A stretch of 52,485 bases of DNA, the filler included, from Ionaspis alba (lineage: Eukaryota), in the NCBI GenBank assembly GCA_964255285.1. It is 2 parts of 2 records of this genome, joined end to end, with 100 filler letters (N's around TTAATTAATTAA, not from the genome) between each part and the next. Parts side by side here need not be neighbours in the genome. Positions count along the whole stretch, not along the records: positions 1 to 26,306 come from CAXUUL010000148.1; positions 26,407 to 52,485 come from CAXUUL010000149.1. The stretch is one strand, 5' to 3'. Positions 21,434-35,050 of this stretch are shown piece after piece (position 1 is the first letter of the stretch; every line of letters begins with the position of its first letter). A model generated the notes under the pieces. That model worked only from the letters and a program-made list of their open reading frames with translations, made no database searches and was not told the origin of the DNA. Made by a program: the position numbers and the translations under genes.

Positions 21434-23190
21434 ATGAATTGGACATTCTGTAACGCGACTGGGGAGTATGAGGAAAGTGAGCATCTCCTCCCCCTCCTCG
21501 AATCAGCCGGCAGTGCCAGAGGCTAACATGGTGCCAGTTGTCGAGACACCATTATGGAAAGGCTACACTTTCCACCACTTCGGCCTCCTCCTATGTGCCA
21601 TCTTCGGCCTCATCGCAGTCATCCTCTCCGTCTATCTCATGTTCATGCACGCAACGCATTATCTCAAGCCCCATGAACAGAAGCAGTAAGCAGCGCTACC
21701 CCAACTCAATTCTGCCAGGCTCTGAGCTAATTCACACGTCACAGTATCATTCGCATCCTCTTCATGGTCCCAATCTACGCCGTCGTTTCCTTCGTCTCAT
21801 ATCTCTACTACAAACACAGCATTTACTTTGACGTTCTGCGTGACTGCTACGAAGCCTTTGCTATTGCGAGTTTCTTCGCTCTCTTGTGCCACTACATAGC
21901 GCCGGATTTGCATTCTCAGAAAGAGTACTTTCGCACGCTGAAGCCTGTTGGGTGGGTTTGGCCTATGTCCTGGGCACGGAGATGCTGCGGAGGGGAGCGA
22001 GGGTGGGCCAGGACTCCGAGGAGTGGGTTGACGTGGTTCAATGTGGGTTGAGTACGGAATATTTGCTAATTGTGGCTAATTGTGGCAGATTGTCTGGTTC
22101 TGCGTCTTCCAGTATTGCCTCGTTCGCGTTATGATGTCGGTTGTGGCCCTCGTTACTCAAGCGCTGGGGCGGTATTGTCTTGATTCGTTGAGTCCCGCAT
22201 TTGCCCATATATGGGTATGTATGGTTTTTGGACAGATGGTATGACTGAAGGCTGATTCCGTACTAGGTAACCGTGATCGAGGCTATTTGTGTCACTTTTG
22301 CAATGTTCTGCTTGATTCAATTCTACATCCAATTACGACACGACCTTGCTGAACATCGCCCCTTCCTCAAGGTCCTAGCCATCAAACTGGTCATTTTCCT
22401 TTCTTTCTGGCAGACGATCATCATCAACTTCCTCACCTCTACACATGTAATCAAAGAGTCTGAACGCCTGGCCATCCCAGACGTCAAAATCGGTATTCCC
22501 GCTCTTCTTCTCTGTATCGAGATGGCCCTCTTCAGCATCTTACACATATGGGCTTATCCTTGGAAACCATACGATATCAAGAGCTCGAAGCAGGTTCTTG
22601 CTGAGGGCGGTCCAGAGTATCAAAGTGGCTATCAGGGAGGCCCCATGGGTATCAAAGCATTTGCAGATGCGTTCAATCCTTGGGACTTCGTGAAAGCTGT
22701 TGGAAGAGGCTTCAGATGGATTGCGGTTGGCAGATCAAGAAGATTGCAGGACGAGAGCTATAAGGCTTATCTCCAGGGCACGGCTCTCGAATCGACGAGC
22801 GGGAACGGCAAGACGGGGAAGTATCACCCGCTCCATGATAGCGATAGCCAGGTCAATCTCCCTTATCACGACCCCAGTCGGAATGGCTTCTCAAGACCGG
22901 TTGCGTCTGCTCCAGGCGGAGATATTGGGGCTGTAGGGGTTGCTGGGATGGATCCTGAGCGGGACTTCAGGACTGTGCATCCAATGCCAAATCCTTACCA
23001 CAGGCAGGACGGGGATACCGGGTATCATGGTGCCCACGGCGCTCTTGATTCTGGACATGGACAGGAAAATGGTGTCACGTATAATGAGGCCCGAAATGAG
23101 AATGCGAGGCAAGGACCGTGGAGCAATAATCCTAGGACGCCTTGGCCAGTGGATAGAGACGAGGCTCCTCGTTATGGGAATGCGCGATGA
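21434..23190 (+). CDS. TMEM184/organic solute transporter OST-alpha (DUF300) family membrane protein, multi-exon
   Basis: HATHYLKPHEQK, IIRILFMVPIYAVVSF, RDCYEAFAIASFFALL, FLKVLAIKLVIFLSFWQ and LLCIEMALFSILHIWAYPWKPY. First intron 21477-21537 is phase-consistent. Confidence 0.92.
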
Positions 23191-23988
23191 CATATTTAAT
23201 GGATCTATCTGATGGATTTGAGTCTTAAATATCGGGGGCCCTCTCGGGCTGCAGGCGTTCGGGGCATTCGTGATACCCGGGTGGGGTGGCTTGTTGGCAT
23301 TTGGCAATGCGTGTGTATGCTTGGTCCTGTGATGAGTATTTGTATATGGGTTTTTATCATTGTACCAGATATCTGTTTGGAGTTGCTTCCGGCCAAGTAG
23401 TAAGAGCATGCAAGAAGGACTTCGATAATTTGTTCTGAACATGCGTCCACCTTGGAGTGTCCTGTTCCCCAGTGCAAGGTATTGAGGAGATTCATTAAGC
23501 GAAGTACTTGAGGTTCTTTGATGCCTATTCGAAACAACGTGATTCTTACTTCTGCGGTCGTTTTGCAATGATATCAGGGTCTTTCTAGTCAACCAGCTCA
23601 TGCTTTGGAGCGTGATTGGAAAATATTGCCATAGCGGCTGGTGTCTCGGAGCTCATTGATCCAGAACTGGTGCTTTACAATGTGAACAGATCAGCAAGGA
23701 TACTAACGAGCGCACAATGGGCGAAACATCTCTAGAATTGAGTCTACTGTTTTGTGAGTGCGTCTGATGTTATGAGGGTAGCTGAGATGACCTAATGGGC
23801 CGAAACGCAGGGCTTACTTTGAGCCTACACTACACACGCGCTGAACCTCACTTTCATCACAACTCGTTCACCATTTTCATTGTGAGCTTTCATCTCAATT
23901 ATGTTCGTCTTTCTCCATCATCCTCACATGCCATAATAGTTAAGCAACTGTTGACAAGACACTTGCAAACACTCTTCCTACAGTCGCA

Positions 23989-25645
23989 ATGGCATCGACT
24001 ATCAATTCAGAGAGCGAGGTTGAACGAGTGGAGGTCGCTGTTCGAAGAAATGAAGGGATACTGGACGCCATTCTAGGTATGATCAAGAGCTGCACCACCA
24101 AAGACGGAGTTGTGCATCCTCTACAGCAGTGGCATAGTACTTTGCTTCACAACAGCCTGGAATCTCTTCATCGAAACGAACAGATCATAAACGCTACGCT
24201 GGAGCAGGTTGAAAGTAGGAGGCTAGTGAACCTTGCTGCTCTCGACGTTTTAGCAGAGGTGACCGAGACCGCTCGGGCAGAAGCTGAAGCTGTTCTAAAG
24301 ACTGCTCAAAAGGAGCGCGAGAGGGCTACAAAAGAGATGGAGAGGCTCAATCGGAAATGCTGCGAGACCGACAAAGCGCTGCAGAGACTGGACGAGGGCT
24401 TGAGAGAGCTGGCAGAGTCTTCAAAAATGCTCAGCATAAGAGAGGAGACCGTCAGCTCACGCGAGAAACTCGTGGCAAGGCAGCTGGCCTCAATCACAAG
24501 AAATTATGCTGGGCTGGATTCCCGAAGCACGAGCCTCCAATCCACACTGGACAGTCCTTCACTGAACAATCCTTCGCAGGACAGGCTATCAGACGACGCG
24601 AGTGGATGCGAGGACCAAGACGGTTCAACCAAGGACTCTAATTCGAGTACCTCGAGACCTGTGGCACAAATTGGGACAGAGAACAAGGCAAAGCGAGTTC
24701 GAGATGACACAGAGTCCACTGCAAGCCCCATGTTCGAAAGGAACAGGGTCAGGGGGGAACAGTCTCGTTATGTAATAAAATTGAATATCCATAAGCGGCT
24801 TAAACAGAATACGGAGAACTCGACGATTGTGCCATCCGTGTATCGCATTGACGTAAGTTTGGACCATGGGAGACCTTTCGACATTGGCTCATCTCTGACC
24901 TCTCCAGCCTCAGCGGCCTGAGTTGGTTCAGCTAATCAGGTCTGCTTCCCTCTACCATACTCGTTCCGTTAACCCCGAGATCGATACCACAGCTGACCGG
25001 CCACGAAATAGAGAAGATAGCATACTCGAGACGTCAGACTCCGCAGATGTAGCAAGCACAAGGGCGGCTTTAGTTAAAACCTATCAGACCCCGTACCCGC
25101 CAGTAACTCATCCTCCGCTAGAATTAGCGAGAGCTGAAGACAACTTCGAGATCGACTTCGACTCGACAATTAGAGCCTACCGCTCGCTCACGGAGAAGGA
25201 ATTGGAGCGCATCAAGCGTCTCCTCGATCGAGTCGTGATCGAGCAAGATACGCTGCACGGTTGGCCTTCCAAGCAGTTCCTTTCCGTCCTTTTTGCTCAA
25301 CATCTTCTCGACCCCTCCCGCAAATGCTGTGGCAGAGTATTCCTTGACAGGTTGGCTTTACGGCCTGATTCCGACGTCTGTTTGTTCACTGCGCTTACCG
25401 GTCAGACATTTGACGCAGAGTGGCCTCAATCAGATACGGGAACGAGATTCTGTTGCGCAAATTGTTATGATCGTCCTTGCCTAGAAGTCACTTTTGCGAC
25501 TAGGAACGAGCAGTTTGAACCTGGATTGAGCAAGCGATGGCATATCAGAGAAAGGCAGCTACATCCTGATAAACTGTATTACTGGCGTGCTAGGAAGCGA
25601 GGTCGGCGGCCGGGAGCAGAGACCTATCGACCTAGCCGTTCATGA
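23989..25645 (+). CDS. Hypothetical protein (~533 aa): coiled coil, S-rich linker, C-terminal Cys-containing domain (exons 23989-24852, 24908-25645)
   Basis: Intron 24853-24907 (GTAAGT...CTGAC...CAG) joins the 310-aa and 240-aa ORFs in phase 0; heptad-rich EAEAVLKTAQKERERATKEMERL; CCGRVF...CLF...FCCANCYDRPC. Confidence 0.65.
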
Positions 25646-26350
25646 TAGGCCTACGGGTTTCTAGTATTCCCTCAGTTCTACGTGACATCAAACGGTCGTA
25701 TAAACAAAGGCTAGATCAATTCGCTGCTTTCCTATCACTAGCTTTACAAGTCCTGATCACCTTCGTACTCCTCTAGCCATCATACTTTTCAACGAGACTA
25801 CATCCACGAAACCCAGGTGTCACATGCTTGGGCACTATATAAAAGCCTTAAGCTTGTCGTGAAATATGACAGAGCTCGTCCGGCTGATTTGACATCCGTT
25901 GAGAAGAGTTCGATATAATTCCTAACCCAGAGGTTGGGAGTATGCTATCTACAAAACCAGCGAATCGCTAGACCAAAGCCATGCCAAATGCAAGTACCTG
26001 GCAGACGTCCATCGCAACGGCTTGCCATACCCTTTCGCCTCCCTTTTCAAAGCTTCGCCCTTGTCCAATTTCGATCCATCACAAACCATATCCCTCATAA
26101 AAGTCATCATCTTCGCCCGTCGAGAGTTCATCCACCGTGCTCTTCAGCTGCAGATCCATTCGTCGTCATCGTCGTCAAATCATCATGGCAAGCAACAAGC
26201 CAGCCGGTGCATATGAACATAAAATCCAAACCCCCTCAAATCCTCGAGCCAATACCATTTCTCACCATCCACCCCACCAACCTCCCCGTCACGAGCTCCG
26301 ATACCCNNNNNNNNNNNNNNNNNNNNNNNNNNNNNNNNNNNNNNNNNNNN

Positions 26351-26362
26351 TTAATTAATTAA
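26351..26362. other. Artificial scaffold linker (stop codons in all six frames) inside N gap
   Basis: TTAATTAATTAA centred between two N runs (26307-26350, 26363-26406). Confidence 0.9.
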
Positions 26363-26515
26363 NNNNNNNNNNNNNNNNNNNNNNNNNNNNNNNNNNNNNN
26401 NNNNNNCAGCACCCATCTCCCCCATGCCCCTCTGACTCCACTTCCCCCCTCTCAAACCACCCAGATTACTTGACTCATCTCTGCGTCATCCCCACTCACT
26501 CACTCATTCACTCAC

Positions 26516-27878
26516 TCAAGGCAACAAAAACATCATACGCCATCCATCATAATCCTCAAACCCCTCCCTCTCATCCGCATACCTGCCGTCTTCACAAGCT
26601 CGAAAATCACCAAATCCGCCGCTCGTGCCTTGGGATCTGCTTGAGTGTGTTTGGCGAGGAAGCTTCGGTTGGGGAAGTGTCGCCGACCTCTGCTGGGGTT
26701 GTTGGTGGGTGAGGGAGGGTTTGGCGGTTGGCGGTAAGGTATGTGTGGAGGGTTGAGGAGAGGGGGGACGTGTATTATTTTGCTGAGCGACAGATGGCCG
26801 AAACCCAGCTAACAAGAGGAAAGTCGGTTTCGATGGCGAAATGAGGACGGACGGTTGGAGGCATTCTTCCCGGTCCGTTAACTTCCAGCCGAAGTGTCAG
26901 AGGACAAGTGCGCCCGTACTAGCGGGTGACGAAGGCGAAGAAAGCTTACGCTTTTGACGAATTCGAAGGCCGTAAAGAATAAGCTGTGGCCTAAGGCGTC
27001 TTTTGTCAGTGAGAGGCTGAAGCTGGCGAAGACACCTCGTAGGCTGATATCGTGCAGGGTATGTGGAGTATTGCCACATGTTTTTGTAGCGGCCGGAGAG
27101 GAGGTCATTGGCTTGGATGCGGGATTGTAAGGCGTCGAGGGGAGCCAGCGATGGTTGCTTGTATGGAGCCGATGAGGAAGCCGGCCATCAGGGCTGCGTT
27201 GAGAGGTGGAGGTGGGTAGACGCGCTTGATGGCTTCTGAAGCGGGTTGGTGCAAGGAGCCTAGGATTTGTAGGTAGGAGGTGTAGAGGGACGGCGCGGCC
27301 GCTGTAGATTCATTGGTGAGGCTCCGCAGCTGCCGATGCGGGTGATATGGAGGCTCTTACGCAACGTTTGCTAGAAGTGGTGGAGCTACTTGGTTTGGGA
27401 TGAAGCCTCAGCCATAGGTTGCGAACGGCGTGGCCCGAACAGGCCGGGTGTGCTCATTCGCCATGACTAGGGTTCGTTGGCTTGGACGCGGGGATTGATT
27501 GCCTTTGGCGAAGGTCTGAATGGTACCTCTATCAACCTCAAGGATCGCAGAGGGGGGAGAGCTGGGTCATACCAGGTAGCTATTGCGCTGTCAGTCGCTG
27601 ACTTGGTAGAGGGATGAGAATGGGCGTCTCGTACTCTACTCGTGTTCGAAAGAAGAAGGCTTTGGCCGGGGCTCTGAAGTAGAATATTACCATTCTCGCC
27701 GTGATCGCTCGAACACAGCCTGCTGAGGCTCCTGTAGCCGCATTGCTCTTTTTTTTCCCAGTGGTTTGGGCATTCGCCGATTATCGAGGGTTGGTCTGCG
27801 AGGTTGAGGGAGGAGAGAACGAAGTAGCTGTGCTCGTTCCCATACTTCAAGTCTAGGTGCTAGACAATCCATATTCAT
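26516..27878 (-). pseudogene. Disrupted mitochondrial-carrier-like gene (pseudogene or error-rich consensus)
   Basis: Fragments in shifting frames: SNAATGASA..VRA...FYFRAPAKAFF.RTRV, AINPRVQANEP*SWRMSTPG, YG*GFIPNQV.PPLLANV, LYTSYLQILGSLH, PLDAL, RYKNMWQY, KDALGHSLFFTAFEFVK, NTLKQIP. Stops at Trp-like positions 27469-27467 and 27410-27408, plus several 1-bp indels. Confidence 0.7.
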
Positions 27879-28397
27879 CGACCAAGCTCTTTGGGCTTAG
27901 ATCCGCTGTTCACCGACATGGGAAACTCTTATTGAATGAGGAATTGTTTTGCGATACTGCTTGGAGAATCCCCCTACGGTTCCCTCAAAGCTTAGCATAG
28001 GAACTAGCTACGGCACAAATCGGCTGTCTCTCCAGACCTCCGGATCCACGTTCTTCCATCTCAGTGCCAAATGATTGGCCTCATCCACTAGCCACAAAAT
28101 ATGCACACATCCCCACACTCCTGCCAGCTCCTCTCGCGCTACATGGTATGGGAGAACTTAGGCAACATTAACTTAGCTGGCCCATGTCAGGGGACTCCTA
28201 TTCTTGGCTGCCGTACTCCTGATATTGATCCTTCGCTATATCTTCTCAGAAGACGTGCCAAGAAACACTTCCGACGCGGTTGACGATCATCCTCGCGAAC
28301 ACCGAGACTGATACTTTCTTCACTCCACGCGCATCTCGCTCGCCAACACTCTCATCGCGCCGTCTCGTTTTATATCAAGTCAACATCATCTTGAGAC

Positions 28398-31300
28398 ATG
28401 GCGGAAGAAGTGAAGATCGACAAGCAGGTCTTTCAGGACCGGCTTGGGCAGCTCATCTCAGCATGGAAAGCCGACAAGAGATCGGGCGACGCGTTGTTCG
28501 GAGGCGCGACATCTATGGTCATCATACTGGGGAAATCAGATGACTCCTCGGGCTTTCAGAAAAATAATGCCCTGCATGTGAGTTGAAGGCTCAACTCACC
28601 TGTTGTAGGGCTTCTGGACTGACGAAGTGACTACGATAGTTCTGGCTACTTGGATACGAGTTTCCTGCCACAGTGTTCTTACTCACTACTGAGGTCATAT
28701 ATATAGTGACCACAGCAAAGAAAGGTGAGGTCTCAATGCTTGCGACGCATCTGTTGGTTCCAGCTGACTCCTGGTTCAATGTATAGCAAAACATCTCGAG
28801 CCTTTGAAGGGAGGCAAGATTCCGTTGGAGATCCTTGTGCGAGGCAAAGATGCGGAACAGAATGCCAAACATTGGGAGAAGTGCGTCGAGATCATCAAGG
28901 GAGCAGGAGTGAGTCACGAAGCTATCCCTTTATAGACCGTTGCTGACAACCTTGCAGAAGAAGGTTGGCATGATAGCGAAAGATACTTCTACGGGTCCGA
29001 TTGTGGATGAGTGGATAAAGGTCTGGAGTGATGCGTCAAATGACCTAGAAGAGGTTGACATTTCCAATGCACTGTCTGCTGCAGCTTTCTCTGCGAAGGA
29101 CGAAAATGAGCTCGTAAGCCACGTTTTATCTCTCTGGAACATCATTTTCGTGTTCTAATATCATTTAGCGATCGATACGCAATGCTGCGAAAGCTTGTAC
29201 CATACTCATGACCGACTGTTTCGTGGAGGAGATGTCAGAGATACTGGATGCGGAGAAGAAAGTCACACACAGAAAGCTTGCCGACATTATCGACAAGAAG
29301 ATCGACGATGGCAAGTTCTTTCCAGGCCTTAAGGCGAAACTACCATCCGATTTCAGCGTCGAACAGCTGGACTGGGTTTATGGTCCTGTGGTCCAGAGTG
29401 GGGGCAAATATGACTTGAAGATCACTGCAGCTTCCGACGACAACAATCTACACGCCGGGACCATCATTGCCGGTCTAGGTCTTCGCTACAAGAGCTACTG
29501 CTCGATTATAGCTCGTTCATACCTTGTGGACCCGAACAAGTCGCAGGAAAACAATTACAAACTGCTCTTGAGTATCCACGAAGCTGTGATCAAGGAGGCG
29601 CAAGATGGTGTTGCAGCTAAGGATCTCTATAACAAAGCAATAGGCATCATCAAGATCAAGAAGCCTGACATGGAGAAGCACTTCCTCAAGAACGTCGGTT
29701 GGGGCATCGGTCTTGAGACCCGTGACAGTACCTTACTCCTCAACGGCAAGAACTCAAGGATTCTCAAGGATGGTGTGACGCTCTGTATCACCACGGGATT
29801 TAGCGACATCGTCAATCCAGAACCTCAAGACAAGACGAGCAAAACGTATTCCTTGATGATTACCGATACTATCCGCATCAACAGAGACAACAAGCCCGCC
29901 GTTGTTTTCACAAGCGCCGCACCCTCAGACATTGAGTCTACCTCATTCTTCTTCAAAGACGACGACGAAGAAGCTGAACCAGCGCCAAAAGCAAAGGCGA
30001 AGAAAGATCCCAAGGTGGGAGCGATTGCTACTAGCAACATCACGAAGAGTTCACGTCGAGCCGAGAGGACTGCTCAGATCGACGAAGGTGCAGAGGCCAG
30101 ACGACGTCAGCATCAAAAGGAGCTTGCTCAGAAGAAGCAGGCAGAGGGCTTGGAGAGATACAGCGAGGCCACCGGAGACCAGAATGGTGTTGCGCAGAAG
30201 AAGTTCAAACGCTTTGAGTCTTACAAGCGCGATAATCAGCTTCCGTCTCGAGTCAAGGAGTTGGCGATCTTGGTTGATGCGAAAGCGGCTACAGTTGTGC
30301 TTCCGATCATGGGACGACCAGTGCCGTTCCATATTAATACCATCAAGAATGCAAGCAAGAGCGATGAAGGCGAGTTCACGTATCTGCGAATCAATTTCCT
30401 ATCGCCAGGTCAAGGTGTTGGCCGAAAGGACGATCAACCATTTGAGGACCCCAATGCTCATTTCGTTCGAAGCTTGACCTTCAGATCTAAGGATGGTAAT
30501 CGAATGGGAGATATCTCAGATCAGATTACCGATTTGAGGAAGAATATGGTTCGTCGAGAGCAGGAGAAGAAAGAGCTTGAGGATGTAGTCGAGCAGGACA
30601 AGCTCAGCGAGATCCGAAGTAAGTTGACATGCCGTTACATCGGACGTCCACTAACGTGCTTCAGATCGCAAGCCAGCTCGACTTGATAATGTGTTCGTAC
30701 GTCCTGCTATGGATGGTAAGCGTATCCCTGGCGAGGTCGAGATCCATCAAAATGGTCTTCGATACCGTGATCATCGTGGAAACAACATCGATCTGCTCTT
30801 CGGCAATGTCAAGCATCTGTTCTTCCAACCTTGCCAGCACGAGTTGATCGTTATCATTCACGTTCATCTCAAAAATCCCATCATGATCGGGAAGAAAAAA
30901 GCGAAGGACGTTCAATTCTACCGAGAGGCTACCGATATGCAGTTCGACGAGACGGGAAATCGCAAGCGCAAGCACCGACAACATGATGAGGAGGAATTTG
31001 AACAAGAGCAAGAGGAACGTAGACGTCGGATAGCTCTCGATAAGGAGTTCAAGAACTTTGCCGACAAGATCGCAAGCGCCGGCTCCGACCAAGGCGTCGC
31101 CGTAGACATACCTTTCCGCGACCTGGGCTTTGGTGGTGTTCCTAACCGCTCTAACGTCTTCATGCAACCCACTACCGACTGCTTGGTACAATTGACCGAG
31201 CCACCTTTCACGGTGATCTCTCTCGAGGAGATCGAAATCGCCCACCTCGAACGTGTCCAGTTTGGCCTAAAGAATTTCGACATGGTCTTCGTCTTCAAGG

Positions 31301-31758
31301 ACTTCCACCGCCCCCCGGCTCACGTCAACACCATCCCCGTCGAGTGCCTCGAAGGTGTCAAGGAGTGGCTCGACTCCTGCAACATCCAATACTCCGAAGG
31401 TCCACTCAACCTGAACTGGGGCACTATCATGAAAACCGTCACCCAAGACACGCACGGCTTCTTCGCCGATGGTGGCTGGTCATTCCTGGCAGCCGAATCA
31501 GACGAGGAGGATCAGTCGGATGAGGAAGAGGAATCAGCGTTCGAGGTTTCGGAATCTGAGCTTGCGGCTTCCGAAGAGTCGTCAGAGGATGATTCGGATT
31601 TCGACGATGATGCAAGTGCTGATGCGAGTGCGGATGCGAGCTTGGATGAGGAGAGTGCGGGCGAGGATTGGGATGAGTTGGAGAAGAAGGCGAAGAAGAA
31701 GGATCGTGAGAGCGGGTTGGTGGACGAGGAGGATAAAGGGAGGAAACGAAAGCGGTAG
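28398..31758 (+). CDS. SPT16: FACT complex subunit Spt16 (6 exons)
   Basis: [95 protein letters not shown] and acidic tail ending [11 protein letters not shown]. Confidence 0.98.
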
Positions 31759-32200
31759 TGCTGTAGTCACTGCTGCGAAACACTCATNNNNNNNNNNNNN
31801 NNNNNNNNNNNNNNNNNNNNNNNNNNNNNNNNNNNNNNNNNNNNNNNNNNNNNNNNNNNNNNNNNNNNNNNNNNNNNNNNNNNNNNNTTCCCAGTCTACG
31901 ACAGGAGCCTCACGAGCCCAGTTGCCGATTTGAATATAGGAATAGCTGGCACTACAAACAGCTAGCTGCCGAATTACATCTCCCTTCCATCATACCCTTA
32001 TCCTCCCTACAACATCCAGCCCCTACATCTCAAACATATCAGCGATATTTAATACATAACCTCTAAATATCACCCGCGCAGCAGATGTCAAAGGGCCCAA
32101 ATATGCGACCAGTTCAATCCCTCTCCAACGAATGTCCAGCTTTTGGTACGACTTTTTGCCCCTCGACCCAACCCCGTCCTCCAGAAAAGAGGAAAAGATC

Positions 32201-35050
32201 TCAGACACCAACACGCTGATAGAACAACAGGTAGGCAACCTTATTGTCCTTGACCGAGAATCTCCCAACCGGTGTTCTCTTCCCCGATGAGGTCGACGGT
32301 GTCGCAGTACCATTAACCACACCCGACCACTTCTTACCTGAAGCTGACTGATTCGAAGAGGCCGCTCCGTTCACCTGGCTCCACCCGCTCTCCGTCTGTG
32401 TCTTCTCCTCATTCTCCTCTCGGACTTGATCAAAGATGTCGCTGTTGGCACTCTGATCCCTCTTGTGCTGTTCAAGAGCGGCAGCTAGCACTTTCGGATC
32501 CTCTTCACTACCTCCCTCGGCCACGTCTTCGCTTCGTACACGCCGGATGACGGTGTCGTCCAGTCTGATCCACTCCCGACCATCTTGTCGTCTTACATCG
32601 ACGGTGTAGTGACCACCGCTGGCGTTCTTGCCGTGGTGGTATACAACACCGATGAGACGATATTTGGGCAGGCCTCCATGAGCTGCATAAGCGCCACGTT
32701 TATGTGCTGGGAAGATCTCTTTGGGTAGTTCCAATTCAAGAGGATATCCAATCTTCTTCCATATCTTCTGGGTGCCGCCTGCGTTGTCATATTGGAAACG
32801 TTTCAGATGTAGAATGAGAACTGGAGGCAACGTCTCGATAAAGACTTGCTTGGTGGCAGCGACACCAGGTCCTCGAGGCGAACTGAAGTCACCGTGAAGT
32901 GTCTCGGATCTGGTCAAACCTCTCAATGCGTCAATAATATTGTTGATCTGGGGCGAGCCGATGTCGAGCTGTAGGGGTTGGTACGGTTCTAGAGTGACAG
33001 AGTTTTTGGCACCTGGAATACGCAGCTCGGATCGCAGCTTTCCACCAAAGATCTTGGTAACAGGAGACTCGGTGGTTATGGTACCAGACGATCTTGTGAT
33101 GGCTGCCTTCTGGCGAGGACCAACCTCCAGCCATCCATTCCCATCCGACTGTCCTCTGTCGGTGATGGGCGATCTGATATCGTCGGACCTGTCACTAATG
33201 GATGCTGCTCTGGAAGTTGGAGCCTTCATAATCCTTGTACACTCATCGTGCATCTCTTCCAGCAGAAAGCCCAAGAACTCTTCCGCATCTTGCTGATGGC
33301 CACGCTGTGAAAGTCAGCAGACACTCATGTAGCCTCGGATGGTCACTTACTCTCATAGATGAGAATCTGGGTAGACGTCTGATGACCTCATAGACGAACT
33401 CCGGTATGAAGGCGTCTCCATACTCTTCAAGCTCGTTGTCCCTCAATCTCATCCGTAATTGTTCCACAGACACTGCTGAATCGATTATAGGAAATTCCCG
33501 CATGAACATGATCCTATTGTCCATTTGTCAACAGGGTTCGAGCCATTCGCAAATATTGCAACTCTTACATTGCATCTACCAAAGGAGTATCGCTTTTGAA
33601 GCTGTGGGCCGCTTGTTTACCGATTTGATCCAGGAAATTGTAGAAAGGGATGCAGAATACAAGTATTTGAAGGACCTTAAAGACTTTAGTTTGAACCATG
33701 GGAAAGGCAGCTGATAAGCTTACAGAGTTCATATAACACATATTTCCGGTATTGACAAGACCTCTTGGTTTGAGAAATGCGATCCTTGTCTCTGTATCGT
33801 TGTTGCTGACGCTAAAGGATGCTAGGACATCTGATAACGGGCTAGTCTTAGTGGCACTAACACCATTCGATTGATTATTGGAGACTTGTTCGGCTGAATT
33901 GCCACTTGGCGGTATTGCTGTTGTCTTCGTCCTCACGAGATCGGCCCATGACTTCGGAGTCGCCTTAATTTGGGGCGAGGTGGCTTTCGAGGTCTGCTCT
34001 GAGACTTGGTAGGGTGTGGTCTCTTCTTCTGGAGCCGATGCTATTGCCTCTGCGGCAGGTAATGACGGAGCTGACACGACCAAAGCATCTGTAGGCTTGT
34101 TTGCCTCAGATGTGATGCTGGTCGATTTCTTCCTCGACGCTGTCGAGAGAGACGGTATGTTCGGCACAACAGGAACGATTGGTCCTCTTTTGGTAGCGGG
34201 CCTAGATTCAGCTTTCGAATTTGAGCTAGATGATGTTCGTGGCGGTCCTTGCGGTGTGACCACAGATGAAGGTGTTGTAGGTTGTGTGGAGTCGGCTTCA
34301 GAAGGAGCTTGCGATGTAGTGGGAGTAGCAGAAGTAGATGGTAAAGGGTCTGGATGTAGATTACCAGAGGATATGTGGCTTGTTGGGGTAGGAGTAGTTT
34401 TAACATCAGGCGTATCTGTTTCTGTGGGTGTATTTATTCTTGGTGGTAGTTCTACAGGCAGGTTCGACGATTGGGGTGCCGGTCGCCGTCGCCGCCTTCT
34501 CGAGCTTTTTGGGGGAAAGTCTGCATCTGATACCGAGTACCAAGGAAGCTGTAGTACTGTTAGCAAAGGCAAAGACAGCCACAAAATGCGAGAGTAAGAG
34601 ACTCACAGGAGGGTAGAAAGGTGTACGCCGGATGATCGGTGGAGGAGCTGGTGGTGGGGATGGTCGAGGAGCAACAGGCGCTGGTGGCGTTTGTAGGGTT
34701 CGTGGAGGGGGAGAAAGCATGTCCTGTTGCGGTCGTGGCGATGATATGATTGGTGCATGGTGCTGAATATGTTGTCGAGGGGACATTGAGGTAGGAGGAT
34801 GATGAGGAGGTCCAGGATAAGGTGGATTCATCATCGGAGGATACTGATATTGCCTAGGCATTGGGTTTTGCATGTTTTGGTATGGTGGATACCAGGGCTG
34901 CTGCGGATGGAAATGCTGGGGCATATTGTGATGATATGGGTTGTAAGCGTGGGGAAACGGTTGAGATGGTGGCGGGGTGTACGGTGTATCCCTACGCCCA
35001 CTGTAAAGTGGTACCGCAGGCTGGACGTGCGATCCATGATGCCCATTCAT
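32201..35050 (-). CDS. UBP3: Ubiquitin-specific protease Ubp3/USP10 family (multi-exon)
   Basis: Cys box PRGLVNTGNMCYMNS|VLQIL, QQDAEEFLGFLLEEMH, SPVTKIFGGKLRS, LPPVLILHLKRF, His box YHHGKNASGGHYT and terminal AYLLFY. Long P/S-rich N-terminus with LPW and KSWADL motifs. Introns 34606-34549, 33723-33676 and further ones. Confidence 0.9.

Noticed and set aside
22891..23601. 236-aa minus ORF
   Set aside because: It overlaps the 3' end and UTR of the TMEM184 gene antisense and has no recognisable domain.
26493..26518. (CACT)n short microsatellite
   Set aside because: About six imperfect units; ordinary low-complexity 3' flank.
34016..34597. 193-aa plus-strand ORF (and similar antisense ORFs over SPT16, MAG2, NmrA and the 225-1556 gene)
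   Set aside because: These are antisense shadows of well-supported genes with no independent motifs.
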